Sequence record: LR756511.1
Length of the DNA stretch: 64,000 nucleotides
Direction: 5' to 3' (one strand)
Shown: one piece after another, positions 61,301 through 64,000 of the stretch
Layout of the letters: each line of letters opens with the position of its first letter
Numbering within the stretch: the stretch's first letter is position 1
Notes under the pieces: generated by a model
The model's input: only the letters and a program-made list of their open reading frames with translations
What the model was told of the DNA's origin: nothing
The model's database searches: none
Translations under genes and position numbers: made by a program

Positions 61301-62292
61301 ACCACCTCTATTTCTTCTGGTAAAAATACCTTTTTGATTCTGTTGTCCTTAAACCTTATCATCAGCGAAGGAACATACTGTCCTGGCTTGTCATACTTAT
61401 GTGTAACAGTATGAATATTCGGGTTACTGACTGTTAGATCGACTCCATCTCCAAAGAACCAGTGTCTTTCGGCTATACTTCCAGTGCTTTGATCTACAAA
61501 GGTGAATTCGTCTGTTGTTTGTCCTTGCGCGGGAGTTACATAAAAGAACGCTGGGGTTTCTTCATTGTTTACTTCAATGTAATCTGTTTTCTCAGTTAAA
61601 GCATGGGCGCCATCCGCTGCGATCATGGTTAAACGCACCGTGAATTTACCTTCGTTGTTATAAGTGTGAGTTGGATGTTGTTTGCTACTTGTTTCTCCGT
61701 CTCCAAAATCCCATAAGAATTTACTGCCAAAACCCATTGAAAAATTGTGGAACGTCACAATTAATGGGCCTGGACCCATTCGTGGGTATGCTTTAAAGAC
61801 TGGTTTTGGCGATAGCCACTTGTTTTCCAAATGAGTTAGAATACCATTTATCGAATCAGATGTTGGCTTATCCTTTGTTCCAATCTTCTTCTCGATCATC
61901 ATGATAGCATCTTTAATTGCATTATGATGTTCAGCCATCAAGGGGCATGTAACCTTACTACCAGCAGGCCATGTCATCGCATTGGTTTTCTGATATCCTC
62001 GCTGAAGTAGATGTAATTGATCGCCTATTTTTCTGCCGTAAAAAATCACCTCACTAATACCTAACAGATCGTCAGAGTTAGGTGCGGTAATTTTAATTAG
62101 ACCGCTATCAGGAAAACGGCTAGCGTCATTTAGCAACATAAACTTACCATTTACCAAAAGCGTTTGCCGAAGCGTGGATACAGCCTTATTATTTACGTGA
62201 TGTAAATTGAAAGTGGTGTCCTTCGCTTTTGGAAAGACAGAGAGACTTCCAGGTGTAGATAATTTATTTACGGGTAATTTGTTTTGATTCAT
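61297..62292 (-). CDS. PKD-domain structural protein
   Basis: Shared N-domain, WDFGDG...PTHTY and WFFGDG...THKY PKD repeats. Confidence 0.85.
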   Translation of the reverse strand: MNQNKLPVNKLSTPGSLSVFPKAKDTTFNLHHVNNKAVSTLRQTLLVNGKFMLLNDASRFPDSGLIKITAPNSDDLLGISEVIFYGRKIGDQLHLLQRGYQKTNAMTWPAGSKVTCPLMAEHHNAIKDAIMMIEKKIGTKDKPTSDSINGILTHLENKWLSPKPVFKAYPRMGPGPLIVTFHNFSMGFGSKFLWDFGDGETSSKQHPTHTYNNEGKFTVRLTMIAADGAHALTEKTDYIEVNNEETPAFFYVTPAQGQTTDEFTFVDQSTGSIAERHWFFGDGVDLTVSNPNIHTVTHKYDKPGQYVPSLMIRFKDNRIKKVFLPEEIEVV

Positions 62293-62938
62293 CCTTCTCC
62301 TTGTTAGGAATCTCCACTTGTAACTTGCTGAAATTCTCCAACAACTTTGTCAGTTGTTGTTTTGTTGGAGAACCTTCGTGAAGGTTCAATGCGGTTTTCA
62401 CTGTATCCACTGGCAGTGGTTGCCTGAGAATTAATCTTAAGTTAAGGTCTTCCGCAATCGTTGCTTCCCAATATTCCTTTTGCGCATCGAAATCATCAAA
62501 GTCCTTTAACGGCTCTTTCTTCTCTAATGCTTCAAATGCTTGAATATAAAATCTAGCTTCTTGCACTTCAAATTCCAACTTCTTGTCTAGCTTATTTACA
62601 TGGTCGATAAGGGATTTTATTTTCCTTTCGATCTTTCTTAGCTGAATTGCTAATTTCCGCTGGTCGGCGTTCTTGATTGTTGGACAGACTTGTATCTGCA
62701 ACTCCTCTTTTTCTATGTTTAAAAGCTCAATATCGTCTTTAGTATCTTCTATTTGAAACGCAATCGCGTCGATTGTTTCCTTTTTTCCTTGCAATTGTGT
62801 CAAACATTGCCATAATTGTGCCTGTGTGGTTGGTTCTTTTCCAAGAATGAAGTATTTTAGCTGGAAATAGCTGTGTCTATTTTCTGGTGCTTTCGCTGAT
62901 AGTTCATTTATTTTCTCAAAAATATCTTCTCTTGGCAT
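62264..62938 (-). CDS. Coiled-coil hypothetical protein
   Basis: AGGAG RBS with TAAATA upstream, heptad-rich middle. Confidence 0.7.
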   Translation of the reverse strand: MPREDIFEKINELSAKAPENRHSYFQLKYFILGKEPTTQAQLWQCLTQLQGKKETIDAIAFQIEDTKDDIELLNIEKEELQIQVCPTIKNADQRKLAIQLRKIERKIKSLIDHVNKLDKKLEFEVQEARFYIQAFEALEKKEPLKDFDDFDAQKEYWEATIAEDLNLRLILRQPLPVDTVKTALNLHEGSPTKQQLTKLLENFSKLQVEIPNKEKDESKQITRK

Positions 62939-62980
62939 TTTAAAATCTCCTGGTTATTTATTATAGTTTGAGGCTTTACA

Positions 62981-63550
62981 ATGGTTAAAATTAAAAAGAA
63001 AACAGTTAAGAAACCACTGATTCGGGTTCGGCAACTTGAATATCTTAAAGGCAAGCGATGTTACCTTTCTGGACCTATTGAGAACGACCTTTCCAAGCAT
63101 AACTGGCGAGATGACCCAAAGCGAATGCTGACAAAGAACTATGGCATTGAGCTTTTTGATCCATTTGCTGATCCCAAGCAAGTGTTTGCCGACGAGTTAT
63201 ATAGCGCCAGAAACAATAAGGATTATGATACCATTGTCCGTATAGCCAAGGGTTTCGTCCGCAAAGACCTGTCTATGGTAGACAGGTCTGACTTCCTGAT
63301 TGCATATCTTCCTTATAAAGTGCCAACATGCGGCACGCACCACGAAATCATCAATAGCAACAATGCGAAAAAACCAACCCTGCTAGTATGCCCGCAGGGT
63401 AAAGAGTTTATCCCTCTCTGGTACTATGGATTCATACCGCCAGAGTTTATGTTTGATTCTTGGGGTGATATTTATGACTATTTGGACGAAGTGACTTTGG
63501 GACAACACAAAGAGAATAATCGTTGGCATTTCATCTATGGCATGGTCTAG
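62981..63550 (+). CDS. Nucleoside 2-deoxyribosyltransferase/hydrolase-like protein
   Basis: CYLSGPI, DLSMVDRSDFLIAYL and GTHHEI. Confidence 0.8.
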   Translation: MVKIKKKTVKKPLIRVRQLEYLKGKRCYLSGPIENDLSKHNWRDDPKRMLTKNYGIELFDPFADPKQVFADELYSARNNKDYDTIVRIAKGFVRKDLSMVDRSDFLIAYLPYKVPTCGTHHEIINSNNAKKPTLLVCPQGKEFIPLWYYGFIPPEFMFDSWGDIYDYLDEVTLGQHKENNRWHFIYGMV

Positions 63551-64000
63551 AACGCTTTGCCGCCAACGACACCTTTAAACCTATAGCCTTTTTCTAAAGC
63601 TTTACCAGTCCACATTAACTTACTTGTTTCAAACAAGTTAGCGATAGGAAACTGTCCTATATCTTTAAATGATTTTTTATGGATAAGTATAAGGTGTAAT
63701 TCAGACTCAAAGAAGTTTAGTTTTCGGCCTATTATTGGGAAGAGAATGTCTTTTTGTGATTCTATAAAATATGAATACTTTATATCTAATCTGGATCGCA
63801 GCCAACCTTTTGCCAAGATTATAAAGTTCCATTCGGAACAAGCGTTTGACATACCTGTGTTTATCATCGCCGCTAGATTATTGTTGCTTGTGTAAGTCGT
63901 TGCAAGTTTTGAAGATTCATTTATGGCGTCCTTCTTACAATCATTAGGCATGATAATTACGGCATTAGTCTCTTTGTAATATGAGCCTATAGAATTTATC
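63547..64000 (-). CDS. Partial gene (5' end beyond the window), possibly GT2-like
   Basis: The frame stays open from 63951 to the window edge (INSIGSYYKETNAVIIM...). NTGMSNACSEWNFII and LIHKKSFKDIGQF. Confidence 0.5.
   Translation of the reverse strand, partial: INSIGSYYKETNAVIIMPNDCKKDAINESSKLATTYTSNNNLAAMINTGMSNACSEWNFIILAKGWLRSRLDIKYSYFIESQKDILFPIIGRKLNFFESELHLILIHKKSFKDIGQFPIANLFETSKLMWTGKALEKGYRFKGVVGGKAF

Noticed and set aside
1-64000. tRNA or rRNA genes and stop-codon reassignment
   Set aside because: I saw no T-loop/acceptor-stem patterns in the short intergenic gaps, and conserved genes read through intact with the standard code. This was a manual inspection, and tRNAscan-SE or ARAGORN would be decisive.

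Overview
This 64-kb window is phage DNA, most likely from a large T4-like (jumbo-type) myovirus. It carries a minus-strand head module: large terminase 39401-41242, portal with a 232-aa intein 35014-37587, putative prohead core 30639-32489, gp21-like protease, gp22-like scaffold and gp23-like major capsid protein. It also encodes a primase, a PD-(D/E)XK/Cas4-like nuclease, three paralogous PKD-bearing fibre/baseplate-like proteins and an actin-like ATPase. Accessory enzymes include lysine 6-aminotransferase, patatin, two vWA proteins, several glycosyltransferases, a Dam-type methylase, HNH, GNAT, CYTH, NADAR, PRTase, a 2H phosphoesterase, a class II aaRS-like core, a MazG-like protein, and trypsin-like and zinc proteases. 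I saw no tRNA, rRNA or CRISPR array, and the standard genetic code reads all genes intact. The strongest unexplained signals are: (1) about ten unrelated proteins, including a three-gene NADAR-PRTase-1076 aa block, start with a motif resembling the T4 capsid-targeting sequence, which suggests a packaged and injected enzyme cargo; (2) a 57-aa ORF directly after the terminase repeats the terminase's own C-terminal motif (D-x-LLKEFGW-stop); (3) a TA(A/T)ATA late-promoter motif often sits only 4-7 nt before start codons; (4) an aaRS-like/MazG-like/unknown-enzyme cluster. All family calls come from motifs recognised by eye, and no database search was run. Several start codons were moved from the ORF track using RBS or coupling evidence, and a few short ORFs missing from the track were added.
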